Of a DNA stretch of 64,000 nucleotides, positions 18,219 through 27,484 are shown piece by piece. Below the pieces are notes generated by a model that did not search any database, was not told the DNA's origin, and saw only the letters and a program-made list of their open reading frames with translations. Location of the stretch: the sequence record OU509535.1; one strand, 5' to 3'. The translations under genes were made by a program, and so were the position numbers. The first letter of the stretch is position 1. Each line of letters starts with the position of its first letter.

Positions 18219-18899
18219 ATGGTTAAATTATTAAAAACATTAGTTCTTATTACAATATTTTATATTCCATTTGCATTTGGTGATAATAATTGTAATGATA
18301 AGTTTCTTAATTCAACTCTACCTGATGTTAAATACAATCAACAAATTTGTTATACTAAATTTGTAGTACTATACAATTACAATTATAAAATACCTATGGT
18401 AAGTGCTGAATTCTTAACGCCAGATGATATCAACGCATCAAGTAAATTGAAGAGAAAAGATGCATTCCATTCAGATAAATCCATTCCACCAGAATTTAAT
18501 CAAACCGTAGCTATGTATAAAGGCACTGGATATGATAAAGGACATATGACACCAGCGGGTGATATGGATAATGCATTTGATCAATCAGAAAGTTTTAGTT
18601 TAGCAAATATGACTCCCCAGACTAAAAAGTTAAATGAAATAGTATGGAGAGGAATCGAAGAAAAAGTACGAAATTCTATATTATCTGATGGTGCTGCCTA
18701 TGTTATTACTGGTAGTATAGTTCAGAATGGTTCAAATAGACTTAATACTATTGTCATACCAGATTATATCTATAAAGCAGTATACTTTGTTAATACAAAA
18801 AAATCCATTGTATATGTAGCAAAAAATGATAATTCAGGTGGAGAAGAGGAATTATCAGAAAAAGATTTTGAAGTGAAATATAAAATTAAACTTTTTTAA
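18219..18899 (+). CDS. DNA/RNA non-specific endonuclease (NucA/Serratia-nuclease family) with signal peptide
   Basis: YDKGHMTPAGD (DRGH motif), FSLANMTPQ...LNEIVWRGIE; N-terminal hydrophobic segment ending AFG. Confidence 0.9.
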   Translation: MVKLLKTLVLITIFYIPFAFGDNNCNDKFLNSTLPDVKYNQQICYTKFVVLYNYNYKIPMVSAEFLTPDDINASSKLKRKDAFHSDKSIPPEFNQTVAMYKGTGYDKGHMTPAGDMDNAFDQSESFSLANMTPQTKKLNEIVWRGIEEKVRNSILSDGAAYVITGSIVQNGSNRLNTIVIPDYIYKAVYFVNTKKSIVYVAKNDNSGGEEELSEKDFEVKYKIKLF

Positions 18900-18900
18900 T

Positions 18901-18939
18901 AAAAAGGGGTTGACTTAGGTCATCCCTTTTCGCTATAAT
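18901..18939 (+). promoter_or_regulatory. terminator/promoter fusion cassette
   Basis: gggTTGACttaggtcatccctttt-cgc-TATAAT. Confidence 0.7.
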
Positions 18940-18966
18940 CATTGAATCAATTAAAGGAGATACACA

Positions 18967-19407
18967 ATGACTCGTATTAATTTAGTACATGTTAAAGAAC
19001 TTGCAGATCAACATTTGATGGCTGAATACAGAGAGCTTCCACGTGTGTTTGGGGCAGTTCGTAAACATGTACAAGATGGTAAGCGAGTTTCTGATTTCAA
19101 AATCAACCGTACTTACATCTTAGGTACAGGACATGTGACATTCTTCTATAACAAATTATTGTACTTGCAGAAGCGTCACATTGATATTGTAAATGAATGT
19201 TTACGCCGTGGAATGAAGATTCAAAACACCGACATAAACGACCTCAGTGGTATTCCTACAGCTTTCTGCAATGATTATAACCCATTACCTCATGAGATTG
19301 AAATGTCCCGTTCTAGATTGATTGAGAAGATTCAGATGAAGCCTACCTGGTATAAGTTTACCAATGTGGAGTTTCCATCTTATTATATTACTATGTTGGA
19401 TAAGTAA
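18967..19407 (+). CDS. denV: pyrimidine-dimer DNA glycosylase / endonuclease V
   Basis: MTRINL...[25 protein letters not shown]...GHVTFFY closely matches T4 DenV. Confidence 0.96.
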   Translation: MTRINLVHVKELADQHLMAEYRELPRVFGAVRKHVQDGKRVSDFKINRTYILGTGHVTFFYNKLLYLQKRHIDIVNECLRRGMKIQNTDINDLSGIPTAFCNDYNPLPHEIEMSRSRLIEKIQMKPTWYKFTNVEFPSYYITMLDK

Positions 19408-19450
19408 TAATATAGTATTTGAATAAAATAAATTAGGTGGTTTTTATACT

Positions 19451-19684
19451 ATGAAATTTAAAAAATTTGATGGTACTGTCTATTCATGTGACGATATATA
19501 CTGTAATCCGTCTTATCATGATGGATTTTTCATCAAAACAAAAGATCATGAAGTATTGAAAGTTTCCTTACAGTGGGAAGAGGGTAGAACAAATAACTAT
19601 AGATTTGTTCGCGGTGATAAATTTTCATACACTCCAAAAGATATAATTTGGCCGGATAGTGTCGTTGAAATAGAAATTAAATAA
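19451..19684 (+). CDS. hypothetical protein
   Basis: ORF track. Confidence 0.7.
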   Translation: MKFKKFDGTVYSCDDIYCNPSYHDGFFIKTKDHEVLKVSLQWEEGRTNNYRFVRGDKFSYTPKDIIWPDSVVEIEIK

Positions 19685-19685
19685 G

Positions 19686-19967
19686 GTGGGAAATATTATG
19701 CCATTTCTCCTTATGATACTGTACTATTTGATTATTGTTCCATCTTATAAGATTGGTGATTTAGTAGAATCCAGATTTGGTAATAAAGTTGGTACCGAGA
19801 TTAAATGGATAGTTGTGCATCTTATTGTTCATTTAATAATCTTTGCGTTATTCATCGCATTACCATTATGGTTGTTTGGTGTAAAAATATTAATAATTGC
19901 AATTATTTTTTTAGTTCTGGAAGTAATATGTTTCTATCTTATTCATAAACATAATTCGAAAAAATGA
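19686..19967 (+). CDS. membrane protein
   Basis: hydrophobic segments; start uncertain. Confidence 0.7.
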   Translation: MGNIMPFLLMILYYLIIVPSYKIGDLVESRFGNKVGTEIKWIVVHLIVHLIIFALFIALPLWLFGVKILIIAIIFLVLEVICFYLIHKHNSKK

Positions 19968-19968
19968 A

Positions 19969-20004
19969 AAAAGGGTTGACTTCGGTCAGCCCTTTTGTTA
20001 TTAT
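19969..20004 (+). promoter_or_regulatory. terminator/promoter fusion cassette
   Basis: gggTTGACttcggtcagccctttt-gt-TATTAT; leader nearly identical to 12451 copy. Confidence 0.8.
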
Positions 20005-20037
20005 ATATACATCCAAACAAAACAGGAATTTAATTTA

Positions 20038-20484
20038 ATGAAACTTCAATTCGCCGCGGTCAGTGCTGGTTCCAAAACAATCACGATCAATTGTGGCTCT
20101 ATGACTCGTGAATTTCTTGAAGAATATAATATCCCATATACAATGCACTATGATGATATCAAACTTGATATCAATGCAGAAGCAGACGTAGATATCCGTT
20201 CTTTTGAAGATATAAACCACTTCTGCAAAAAATATTGTGCAAACATTACATTCGGTAATGGTACACCTGAAATTGAATTCTACAGCCTCCATGAAGAAGA
20301 TTTACCATTACATTGTTCATGGGATTACAAAGATATACCAGTACAACAATTGCGTGCAATGTATGCATCTTTTATCCAAGAATGTAGTGAAATCAACGGT
20401 AGTACCGAAATGAATGAAGATGAAAAAGAACAAATGAAACTCTTCGAGGAAACCATCGAATGGGTAAAAGGCCGAAATAAATGA
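20038..20484 (+). CDS. hypothetical protein
   Basis: ORF track; AGGA RBS. Confidence 0.8.
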   Translation: MKLQFAAVSAGSKTITINCGSMTREFLEEYNIPYTMHYDDIKLDINAEADVDIRSFEDINHFCKKYCANITFGNGTPEIEFYSLHEEDLPLHCSWDYKDIPVQQLRAMYASFIQECSEINGSTEMNEDEKEQMKLFEETIEWVKGRNK

Positions 20485-20675
20485 AAGATTCAGTACTGAA
20501 ATGTTCAGAAGGTGCTGATTGGTTAGTTGACAGACTACCAAATGCAGAGTATAATGCAATGAAATCTGAGATTGAATTGTGTGTTCATACTATCTTCCAG
20601 AAATACGGATATGGTAAAGAATTACAAGATGCATTCAATGAAACTATTCCAGTAAAATTAGAAAGAAGGAAATAA
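20481..20675 (+). CDS. hypothetical protein
   Basis: ORF track; ATGA overlap. Confidence 0.7.
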   Translation: MKDSVLKCSEGADWLVDRLPNAEYNAMKSEIELCVHTIFQKYGYGKELQDAFNETIPVKLERRK

Positions 20676-20677
20676 CA

Positions 20678-20857
20678 ATGCATAAGGCACAAGAACTAAA
20701 ACTATGTATTCAACAACTATGCACACTTCGTTGCGAAAACCTTCGTGCTATCTATGAAGGAAATACTATTGAATTGTCACGTTGTGAAACTGCAATCAAA
20801 GCAAAAGAATTTGAAGTTAACCGCTTAATTGATGAACTTTGTGGAGAAAAGAAATGA
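20678..20857 (+). CDS. small hypothetical protein (59 aa, not in track)
   Basis: AAGGA RBS; stop overlaps next ATG. Confidence 0.65.
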   Translation: MHKAQELKLCIQQLCTLRCENLRAIYEGNTIELSRCETAIKAKEFEVNRLIDELCGEKK

Positions 20858-21147
20858 ACGTATTTAAGTTAAAATTCTATGCAAACGATACCCGCCCATT
20901 CGGAAAGAAATTAGATTATGATCTGTACTTTAATAGTACTGAACTGGCATTAGAGTACCTCAATACTAAAATGCCAGGACATAAAGAAATCACAGAAGAA
21001 GTTGTTAAGCCGTGGTTCACTAATTACAATACTCGCACTTTTACATGGGAAGGTAAACGTTATGGTGAAAATGGTGAATGGGATTATCCTGTGGAGTTCA
21101 CTGTTGAACTCGACCAAATTGAAGTAATTCAATCACTAGAGAAATAA
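20854..21147 (+). CDS. hypothetical protein
   Basis: start moved to ATG after GGAG. Confidence 0.75.
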   Translation: MNVFKLKFYANDTRPFGKKLDYDLYFNSTELALEYLNTKMPGHKEITEEVVKPWFTNYNTRTFTWEGKRYGENGEWDYPVEFTVELDQIEVIQSLEK

Positions 21148-21150
21148 TAT

Positions 21151-21393
21151 ATGCCATTACTACTTTGTCCAGTACTTTTAATATTACTAACAGTTTATTA
21201 TTTCAATCCATTACTAGCTGGTACATTATTTTTATTTTTATTCTGTGCAACAATATATAATATGTTGTTGGTACTATTATGGTTGATTGGTACTTATATT
21301 GTACCACAAAAATATGAAAACCATTTTGCTGTGGTGATGATTGTTTTATTTGTAGTACTGAATGGTGCATGGATCTGGGCTATCTGGTTTTAA
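21151..21393 (+). CDS. membrane protein
   Basis: highly hydrophobic. Confidence 0.7.
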   Translation: MPLLLCPVLLILLTVYYFNPLLAGTLFLFLFCATIYNMLLVLLWLIGTYIVPQKYENHFAVVMIVLFVVLNGAWIWAIWF

Positions 21394-21396
21394 TAA

Positions 21397-21432
21397 AAAA
21401 GGGTTGACTTTGGTCAGCCCTTTTGTTATTAT
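21397..21432 (+). promoter_or_regulatory. terminator/promoter fusion cassette
   Basis: gggTTGACtttggtcagccctttt-gt-TATTAT. Confidence 0.75.
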
Positions 21433-21464
21433 ATTTGTATATTAAGTCAATGAGGTGTTGTATT

Positions 21465-21737
21465 ATGATTCGTTATGCTCTGCGTCATAGAACTTCCAAA
21501 CAGTACGTTGGATTTCGTACTGTGCAATGGGAATTCGGTACTGATATTCATTTGGATTTCGATGATGATTATATTTGGTTGAAAGAAGATCGCACATTAA
21601 TGGATACACTTATTGAAAATAGAAAGTCAAGTGATGCATCGTTACAATTGAGTGATTCAGTACTGAAGGCGTTAAAAGATTATAAATTAGAAGTGATGGA
21701 AATTAATTTCCCAGATACTGATTGGTGGGATGATTAA
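21465..21737 (+). CDS. hypothetical protein
   Basis: start moved to ATG after GAGG. Confidence 0.75.
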   Translation: MIRYALRHRTSKQYVGFRTVQWEFGTDIHLDFDDDYIWLKEDRTLMDTLIENRKSSDASLQLSDSVLKALKDYKLEVMEINFPDTDWWDD

Positions 21738-21793
21738 TGATTGTGAAAATACAATCTTAATTTTATAAACTAAAATTATCCAAAGGTGAAATA

Positions 21794-21940
21794 ATGCAAT
21801 ACTCTATCTATGCTCGTATGGGAGTTGATTATGAATGGAACAGACTTCGTACAGTTTACAATGAAGAGAAAGCAATTGAACTGAAAGAGTATTACGAACA
21901 AACATGGCGTATCGTTGAAATTCGTAATGAAAGCAAATAA
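21794..21940 (+). CDS. small hypothetical protein (48 aa, not in track)
   Basis: AAGGTG RBS; hand translation. Confidence 0.6.
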   Translation: MQYSIYARMGVDYEWNRLRTVYNEEKAIELKEYYEQTWRIVEIRNESK

Positions 21941-22005
21941 GCGTTGACAACATATATCAGTACTGTATAATATATACAATCTTAATCGAAAAAGGTAAAA
22001 CAAAA

Positions 22006-22347
22006 ATGAAAGTTACTCTGACTGGTGGTACAATCAATGTAGCAACAATCAAATCAGTACTGGAAAACAATAGCCGAGTATATATTTCACTTCCAATTAA
22101 TGATGTTTGTGAAATTTTAGTAACTCGTTTGGAATCGCATTTTAACGGGTATATCAAACAAGATAGTATTGAAGTTAAATTCGCCGAACGAGATTGTGGT
22201 GAAATCCAGTGTATGGCAACAGAATACTTCAACATCAATATGATGGAAAAAGCTGCAATGGCTGCCGTCGAGCGATATAATTCAGAAGATCCATGTGAAT
22301 TTTCTAATTATTCAGTGGCATTTGAAAATACATTTATTAAAGAATAA
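22006..22347 (+). CDS. hypothetical protein
   Basis: ORF track; own TTGACA/TATAAT promoter. Confidence 0.8.
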   Translation: MKVTLTGGTINVATIKSVLENNSRVYISLPINDVCEILVTRLESHFNGYIKQDSIEVKFAERDCGEIQCMATEYFNINMMEKAAMAAVERYNSEDPCEFSNYSVAFENTFIKE

Positions 22348-22404
22348 CAAAATGAAGTCATACCTTTTCCTATAATATAGTATTACTAAAATAGAGAATA
22401 TTGT

Positions 22405-22755
22405 ATGAAACTTGATTATGAATTAATAAGCAAAACGTTTAAATTGATATATTTTATTTTTGGTTATAGTAAAAATTCTAAATTTTTTCCAATATTATTT
22501 GACCTTGATGAAAATGATATTCACCAAGAATACAATAAAATATTGAATAGAGAGTTACATTTATCAATTAAAGAATTAGTAATTAATAAGTATATTCATT
22601 ATAAAAATAAAAATTTTGATGGATATTTGCAAATTATTGGATATGATTTTGATACATCGAAATTAATAGTAAAGGCACCCAATAATACAGGAATTTTCCA
22701 AATAACTTGGGCGAATTTAAAAATTTTTGACAGTATACCATCAAAAAAAGGTTGA
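22405..22755 (+). CDS. hypothetical protein
   Basis: ORF track. Confidence 0.65.
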   Translation: MKLDYELISKTFKLIYFIFGYSKNSKFFPILFDLDENDIHQEYNKILNRELHLSIKELVINKYIHYKNKNFDGYLQIIGYDFDTSKLIVKAPNNTGIFQITWANLKIFDSIPSKKG

Positions 22756-22781
22756 CGAAAGTCAGCCTTTTTTGTTATAAT
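22743..22781 (+). promoter_or_regulatory. terminator/promoter fusion cassette
   Basis: aggTTGAC-gaaa-gtcagcctttt then TATAAT. Confidence 0.75.
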
Positions 22782-22808
22782 GTGTTTATTAAGAAAGGAG
22801 AAATAAAA

Positions 22809-23579
22809 ATGCATCCTCGTTTAGTTAGAAGTCAGAAAATCCAGAAAAACTTCGATTCAATGCTCGCAGTACTGGAAAGTATGCTTAAACCAAATAGCCC
22901 TATTAATAGCATGATTGTAAGTGGTGCTCCGGGTATTGGTAAAACATACTCACTCTCTAACCGACTCAATAAAGCACATTCTAATGCTGAATGTAATGTA
23001 ACTACCGTTAGCGGTAAAATGACTACCCTAGCACTCTTCGAAGTACTGTACAAAAACCGGTTCAGTACTAATATCATTGTACTTGATGATATGGACAGTA
23101 TTTTTGATTCAGAAGATGGTATGAATCTGCTCAAAGCAGTACTTGATACTTCAAAACGTACAGTATCATATATGTCATCTTCTAAGTACTTAAAAGATAA
23201 TGGTATTCCAAGTACTTTTGATTTTTTTGGTAAAATTGTATTCATTACAAATAAAGATTTAACACGTATTGCTGCATCTAAAAGCAAACAAGCACCACAT
23301 TGTCAAGCATTGATTTCTCGTTCAGTGTATATTGATCTTGAAATTCAAAGCAAAGAAGATATCATGATCCATATCGAAAATGTTATGCTCAGTACTAACA
23401 TTCTAGAAAAATACAATGTGAATCAAAATGGTAGTAACATGATTCTTAATTGGATGCTGAAACACCAGGAACGTCTACAGTCTCCATCATTACGTACACC
23501 TGTACTTATTAGTGCTCTGTATAATTCCAATCCATATGATTGGGAAGAAATTTGCGAAAATGTTTATCTGGAGAAGTAA
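22809..23579 (+). CDS. AAA+ / P-loop ATPase
   Basis: Walker A GAPGIGKT, Walker B IIVLDDMD, VFITN; start at ATG after AAGGAG. Confidence 0.85.
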   Translation: MHPRLVRSQKIQKNFDSMLAVLESMLKPNSPINSMIVSGAPGIGKTYSLSNRLNKAHSNAECNVTTVSGKMTTLALFEVLYKNRFSTNIIVLDDMDSIFDSEDGMNLLKAVLDTSKRTVSYMSSSKYLKDNGIPSTFDFFGKIVFITNKDLTRIAASKSKQAPHCQALISRSVYIDLEIQSKEDIMIHIENVMLSTNILEKYNVNQNGSNMILNWMLKHQERLQSPSLRTPVLISALYNSNPYDWEEICENVYLEK

Positions 23580-23893
23580 TGAAATACAAATGTACAGTAT
23601 ACAAAGAAGGAATTGTATTCATTGAAGTATATGTAGATGATGATATTTGGTTTGAAGTTGATGAATGTTTTGATACAAATGTATACGTATCAAAAAATGG
23701 ATATATCTATGAATATAATTTAAATCACGATTTTGGTTCAATGCAAGATGATGAATTATTTCAATTGAGTACTGTAAGTCCGATTCCTTTTGACTTAAAA
23801 ATCATTAGAGAAGCCCATAAACAATTCAGTACTATTATAAAAGAAAATTCATCATTATTGTATCATTATATATTAGTAACAGAGGACGAATAA
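23579..23893 (+). CDS. paralog family A
   Basis: MQDDELFQLSTV. Confidence 0.8.
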   Translation: MKYKCTVYKEGIVFIEVYVDDDIWFEVDECFDTNVYVSKNGYIYEYNLNHDFGSMQDDELFQLSTVSPIPFDLKIIREAHKQFSTIIKENSSLLYHYILVTEDE

Positions 23894-24021
23894 TGAAACC
23901 AGAACAATGGATCATTGATGATATGCGTGCTATGCGTAAGATTGAAAATAAATCATACGAAGAACAAGCATACTTAGATCTTCTTCAATGGTATGTTAAA
24001 GTAATCCAATCAAAGGAATAA
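23893..24021 (+). CDS. small hypothetical protein (42 aa, not in track)
   Basis: GAGG RBS; TAATG coupling. Confidence 0.55.
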   Translation: MKPEQWIIDDMRAMRKIENKSYEEQAYLDLLQWYVKVIQSKE

Positions 24022-24023
24022 TT

Positions 24024-24371
24024 ATGTTAGACTTTATGCTAAAAAGTGAACTATCACATACTATTGGGTATAGTATTGCAGTACTGGTCGTATTCAGCTT
24101 TATGTTTGAAAAAATCAATTGGCTATTCAAAACCAATATCTATAAAAAATGTTATAAAGTTAAAAGTTTTGACAGACAAATCTTTTTGGGTATAATGTAT
24201 ACATTAACATTATACTGTAGTATATTCGAAGTTGGATTTGTACTGGCTGATTCACCATTAACATTATATCTTTCATTGTATACACTTTTTCTTATACCAT
24301 TTTCTTTGTATATTTTTTGTACTAAAATGTTCAATAAAATTATTGAATTCCGAAATAAATTACCGGACTGA
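24024..24371 (+). CDS. 3-TM membrane protein, family D (array copy 1)
   Basis: ends IIEFRNKLPD. Confidence 0.8.
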   Translation: MLDFMLKSELSHTIGYSIAVLVVFSFMFEKINWLFKTNIYKKCYKVKSFDRQIFLGIMYTLTLYCSIFEVGFVLADSPLTLYLSLYTLFLIPFSLYIFCTKMFNKIIEFRNKLPD

Positions 24372-24386
24372 TATGGAGTAATATAA

Positions 24387-24734
24387 ATGATTGAGTTTAT
24401 ATTCAAAAGTGATTTCGCATATAGTGTTGGGTATTGTATCTTTATTGCTATTATTTTTAATTACTTATTTGAGAAAATTAATTATTTTTTTAAGACTAAT
24501 ATTCACAAAAAGTATTATACAAACAAGAGCAGTAAAAGAAAAAATATTGAATTCACTCTGTATATTAGTACTATATATCTGGTAACAATTGAACTTCCTT
24601 CAGTACTAACTGATAAAAATGTAACAATGCTATTTTGTGTATATAGTGTAGTGATTATCTTCTTTTGGATATATTATACAATCAAAGCATTGAATCAAAA
24701 ATTAACTGAATTCCATAATAAACTACCGGATTAA
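24387..24734 (+). CDS. 3-TM membrane protein, family D (copy 2)
   Basis: ends LTEFHNKLPD; close to copy 1. Confidence 0.8.
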   Translation: MIEFIFKSDFAYSVGYCIFIAIIFNYLFEKINYFFKTNIHKKYYTNKSSKRKNIEFTLYISTIYLVTIELPSVLTDKNVTMLFCVYSVVIIFFWIYYTIKALNQKLTEFHNKLPD

Positions 24735-24740
24735 TTAAAA

Positions 24741-25085
24741 ATGAATGAATTTCTACGAAGTGGACTATTGTGTTCAGTACTACAATGCTTTTTGTTGTTA
24801 TTCATTGTGTACCATTTGTATATTTTAGTACTATGGTACTTTAAACGTAAATCGTATTTGACATTATGGCAAAACAATAAGTTAGCAGTTCCATTTCTTA
24901 CTACTACAACAATAGCTTATGCTCTTTCCGGGATTTTCCTGTTTCCGGTAGATGATCCTGTAATGCAAGAAAGTGGGATAGCAATTGCTAATCTTATTAG
25001 ATCACTGTTCATTAGTGCATGGTTTTTCTTTGTATTAATCAGGTACTTAGTGCGTTTACGTACTAAAATCGAAGGGGCATTCTAA
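24741..25085 (+). CDS. 3-TM membrane protein, family D (copy 3)
   Basis: same size/topology; ends LRTKIEGAF. Confidence 0.75.
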   Translation: MNEFLRSGLLCSVLQCFLLLFIVYHLYILVLWYFKRKSYLTLWQNNKLAVPFLTTTTIAYALSGIFLFPVDDPVMQESGIAIANLIRSLFISAWFFFVLIRYLVRLRTKIEGAF

Positions 25086-25086
25086 A

Positions 25087-25422
25087 ATGCTGGAGTACAT
25101 TAATCTGTTTGATACATCATTTGTTATAGTTAGTACTTATTATATTTGTAGTACTATTTTTTACTTTTTGATGTGGTTCTTTAAACGTAAACTGGATAAC
25201 TTCATTAAGCAATATTCGTTACAACTGGCATTACAATTGTATTACTGGATTGGATTTGGTTTAATGTATTTGCATTACTATTTTGTATTATATAATATCC
25301 GTGAAAATAATACATTTATGCTTTATATGCTACAAATTATCGGTACTACAATCTATGTAGGTTATCTAATGTCGATTGTACTGTCAAAATTAAGAAACAA
25401 AATCCCTGATATGAGGAATTAA
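25087..25422 (+). CDS. 3-TM membrane protein, family D (copy 4)
   Basis: ends LRNKIPD. Confidence 0.75.
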   Translation: MLEYINLFDTSFVIVSTYYICSTIFYFLMWFFKRKLDNFIKQYSLQLALQLYYWIGFGLMYLHYYFVLYNIRENNTFMLYMLQIIGTTIYVGYLMSIVLSKLRNKIPDMRN

Positions 25423-25425
25423 AAA

Positions 25426-25731
25426 ATGACATATATTTTTATTGCATTAGCAATGTATTACTGGATTTCGTGGACTGGATATCTCTTTGCATTAAAATCT
25501 TTTGATTATTTCAGTGCTTCATGTAAAGAAATTTGGGGATGGCATGTAATGGCAACTTCGTCAGTAACATACTGTGCTTATGAAAGTATTACTGATAAAA
25601 CATTCAATGATTTGGTATTGAGTACAGTACTGATGTATTTGTGGGGTTTTGCATTTATTGTTCATATTTCACCTTTAATTAGAGATAAAATTGTAAAATT
25701 TCATAATAAACAAAAGGAAAAGCGTTCATGA
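25426..25731 (+). CDS. 3-TM membrane protein, family D (copy 5)
   Basis: ends IVKFHNK. Confidence 0.75.
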   Translation: MTYIFIALAMYYWISWTGYLFALKSFDYFSASCKEIWGWHVMATSSVTYCAYESITDKTFNDLVLSTVLMYLWGFAFIVHISPLIRDKIVKFHNKQKEKRS

Positions 25732-26081
25732 TCATTACATTAAATTTACTGACATTTTTTAGTGTATTAACGTGTTTAATCTTTATTGGAAAATTCTTTT
25801 GTGTTAAAATAGCAGAAAAGATTTATGATTCATGGGAAAACGAAATGTCTTTATGGGTTCCTATATTCTGGACTGTTAGTAATGTATTTTTAATTCCAGC
25901 CTGGATTGGTGCAACAAAGGAAATCTTCCCACTTTTTTTATTCAGTGCAATGTTCAGTGCTGGTTTTTGTTTTATGTATATGGCATTTGAATTGATTGTT
26001 GTACTAAATGCTGTATTAGTACCTGCATTAAAGAATGTGCATGTAAAAATTAAACTCAAGAAATCACAGGGCAAATTATGA
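25728..26081 (+). CDS. 3-TM membrane protein, probable family D (copy 6)
   Basis: hydrophobic with basic C-tail. Confidence 0.7.
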   Translation: MIITLNLLTFFSVLTCLIFIGKFFCVKIAEKIYDSWENEMSLWVPIFWTVSNVFLIPAWIGATKEIFPLFLFSAMFSAGFCFMYMAFELIVVLNAVLVPALKNVHVKIKLKKSQGKL

Positions 26082-26467
26082 CTTACAGAGATTATTTTTG
26101 TATATTCGAAGTACTGGTTTTCACTTCAGGTAGTTTAGTATTGTTATTGCATTATTTTTGTGTTGAGCCTTTTTACAAATTATTAAAACCAAAAACTGAA
26201 ATGGGTGTATTTTGTTTATTTCAGTTTATGTATTACTATTTTCTGTCTATTCTTTCTGTTGTTGTAGAAGTAATTTTCGGAGGATTTGTTAATGCAGACA
26301 AAATGCCGTCATACGAGTTGTTTACAACCTTCAATGTACTTATGATTGCTTTAATTGTGTTCGTATCAATACTTGCTGGAATTTACAAATTTTTTGTATT
26401 CCTTGGTAACAAACACAATGATATAGTACTAAAACGAAAAGGAACACTAACAGATGAACGTAATTGA
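26078..26467 (+). CDS. 3-TM membrane protein, probable family D (copy 7)
   Basis: hydrophobic with basic C-tail. Confidence 0.7.
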   Translation: MTYRDYFCIFEVLVFTSGSLVLLLHYFCVEPFYKLLKPKTEMGVFCLFQFMYYYFLSILSVVVEVIFGGFVNADKMPSYELFTTFNVLMIALIVFVSILAGIYKFFVFLGNKHNDIVLKRKGTLTDERN

Positions 26468-26798
26468 AATAATTGTAGTTGCATACCACATTTTAGCAGT
26501 ACTTCTTATTTTATCTGTTCTCGTGGATTATGCATTAGGATTTGATAAACTTAAATTTATCTATCAGCACTTTGATGATAATTTCGACAGTGATAATCCA
26601 GTACACGTATTTCTTGGATTAGAATTTATGTGCTTAATTCTTGTACTGTTTATTCCCATTATCGGTACTGGAACCTCTCTTTTCTTCATTACTGCAATTA
26701 CATTATTGTACTTCGTGGTAATAGTTCTTATTTTAGTACTATATTCTGTTGCATATGGAATAGAAAAAATTAGAAATAAACGCCTAACAAAAAAATAA
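26454..26798 (+). CDS. 3-TM membrane protein, probable family D (copy 8)
   Basis: ends IEKIRNK. Confidence 0.7.
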   Translation: MNVIEIIVVAYHILAVLLILSVLVDYALGFDKLKFIYQHFDDNFDSDNPVHVFLGLEFMCLILVLFIPIIGTGTSLFFITAITLLYFVVIVLILVLYSVAYGIEKIRNKRLTKK

Positions 26799-26870
26799 AA
26801 AATAGTTCCTGAACTTGACAATGTGGGATTTTTTATATATAATAACATAATAAAATAATAGAGGCACAAA

Positions 26871-27467
26871 ATGAAACGCATAAATCGCATAACTCGCAGT
26901 AAAAATGTGATCAGGGATAGATTTCGCAAGGTAAACATTATTAAGTACAGTACTATTGCATTAGCATTAAGTACTACATTTGTACTCACTGCATGTGATG
27001 AACCAACAAATGTAGACGTATACAAATCATTAGAACAATGCAAAACTTCTGGAAAAAATCCAGCACAATGTGAAGAAGATTACAAAAATGCCCTGAAACA
27101 AAGTGTCAGTACTGCACCGCATTACAAATCACAAAGCGAATGCTACGCAGACTTTGATACAGTATGCCAGGAAGGTCATTACAGTACTGGTGGTATGTTC
27201 TTCTATCCTATGATGACAGGATTCCATAGTTCAGGACAAGGATATCATTCACAACCTTTATATAGTCATAAAGGTAATTACGTTGATGCTGGTGGAAATA
27301 ATTACGGATCAACTTACAGTACCACTACTAACAGAACTGTACCAAGATCCGGTCTAACACAAAAAGCACCAACCAGTACTATAACCAGAAGTGGATTTGG
27401 TAGTACTGTTTCAAGTCGTAGCTTTTCAAGTTCTCATAGTTCATCAAGCCATTCATTTGGTGGTTAA
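26871..27467 (+). CDS. DUF1190 (YgiB-like) lipoprotein
   Basis: lipobox LTAC; YKSLEQC..C; APHY..QSECYADF; PMMTGF; TRSGFG...SFGG C-terminus. Confidence 0.85.
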   Translation: MKRINRITRSKNVIRDRFRKVNIIKYSTIALALSTTFVLTACDEPTNVDVYKSLEQCKTSGKNPAQCEEDYKNALKQSVSTAPHYKSQSECYADFDTVCQEGHYSTGGMFFYPMMTGFHSSGQGYHSQPLYSHKGNYVDAGGNNYGSTYSTTTNRTVPRSGLTQKAPTSTITRSGFGSTVSSRSFSSSHSSSSHSFGG

Positions 27468-27484
27468 ACAACAAAGGAAAATAA

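Noticed and set aside
21961-21980. LexA (SOS) boxes suggested by frequent TACTGTAT
   Set aside because: The CTGT-N8-ACAG spacing is not met in the copy checked here. The half-site arises from AGTACTG abutting TATAAT.
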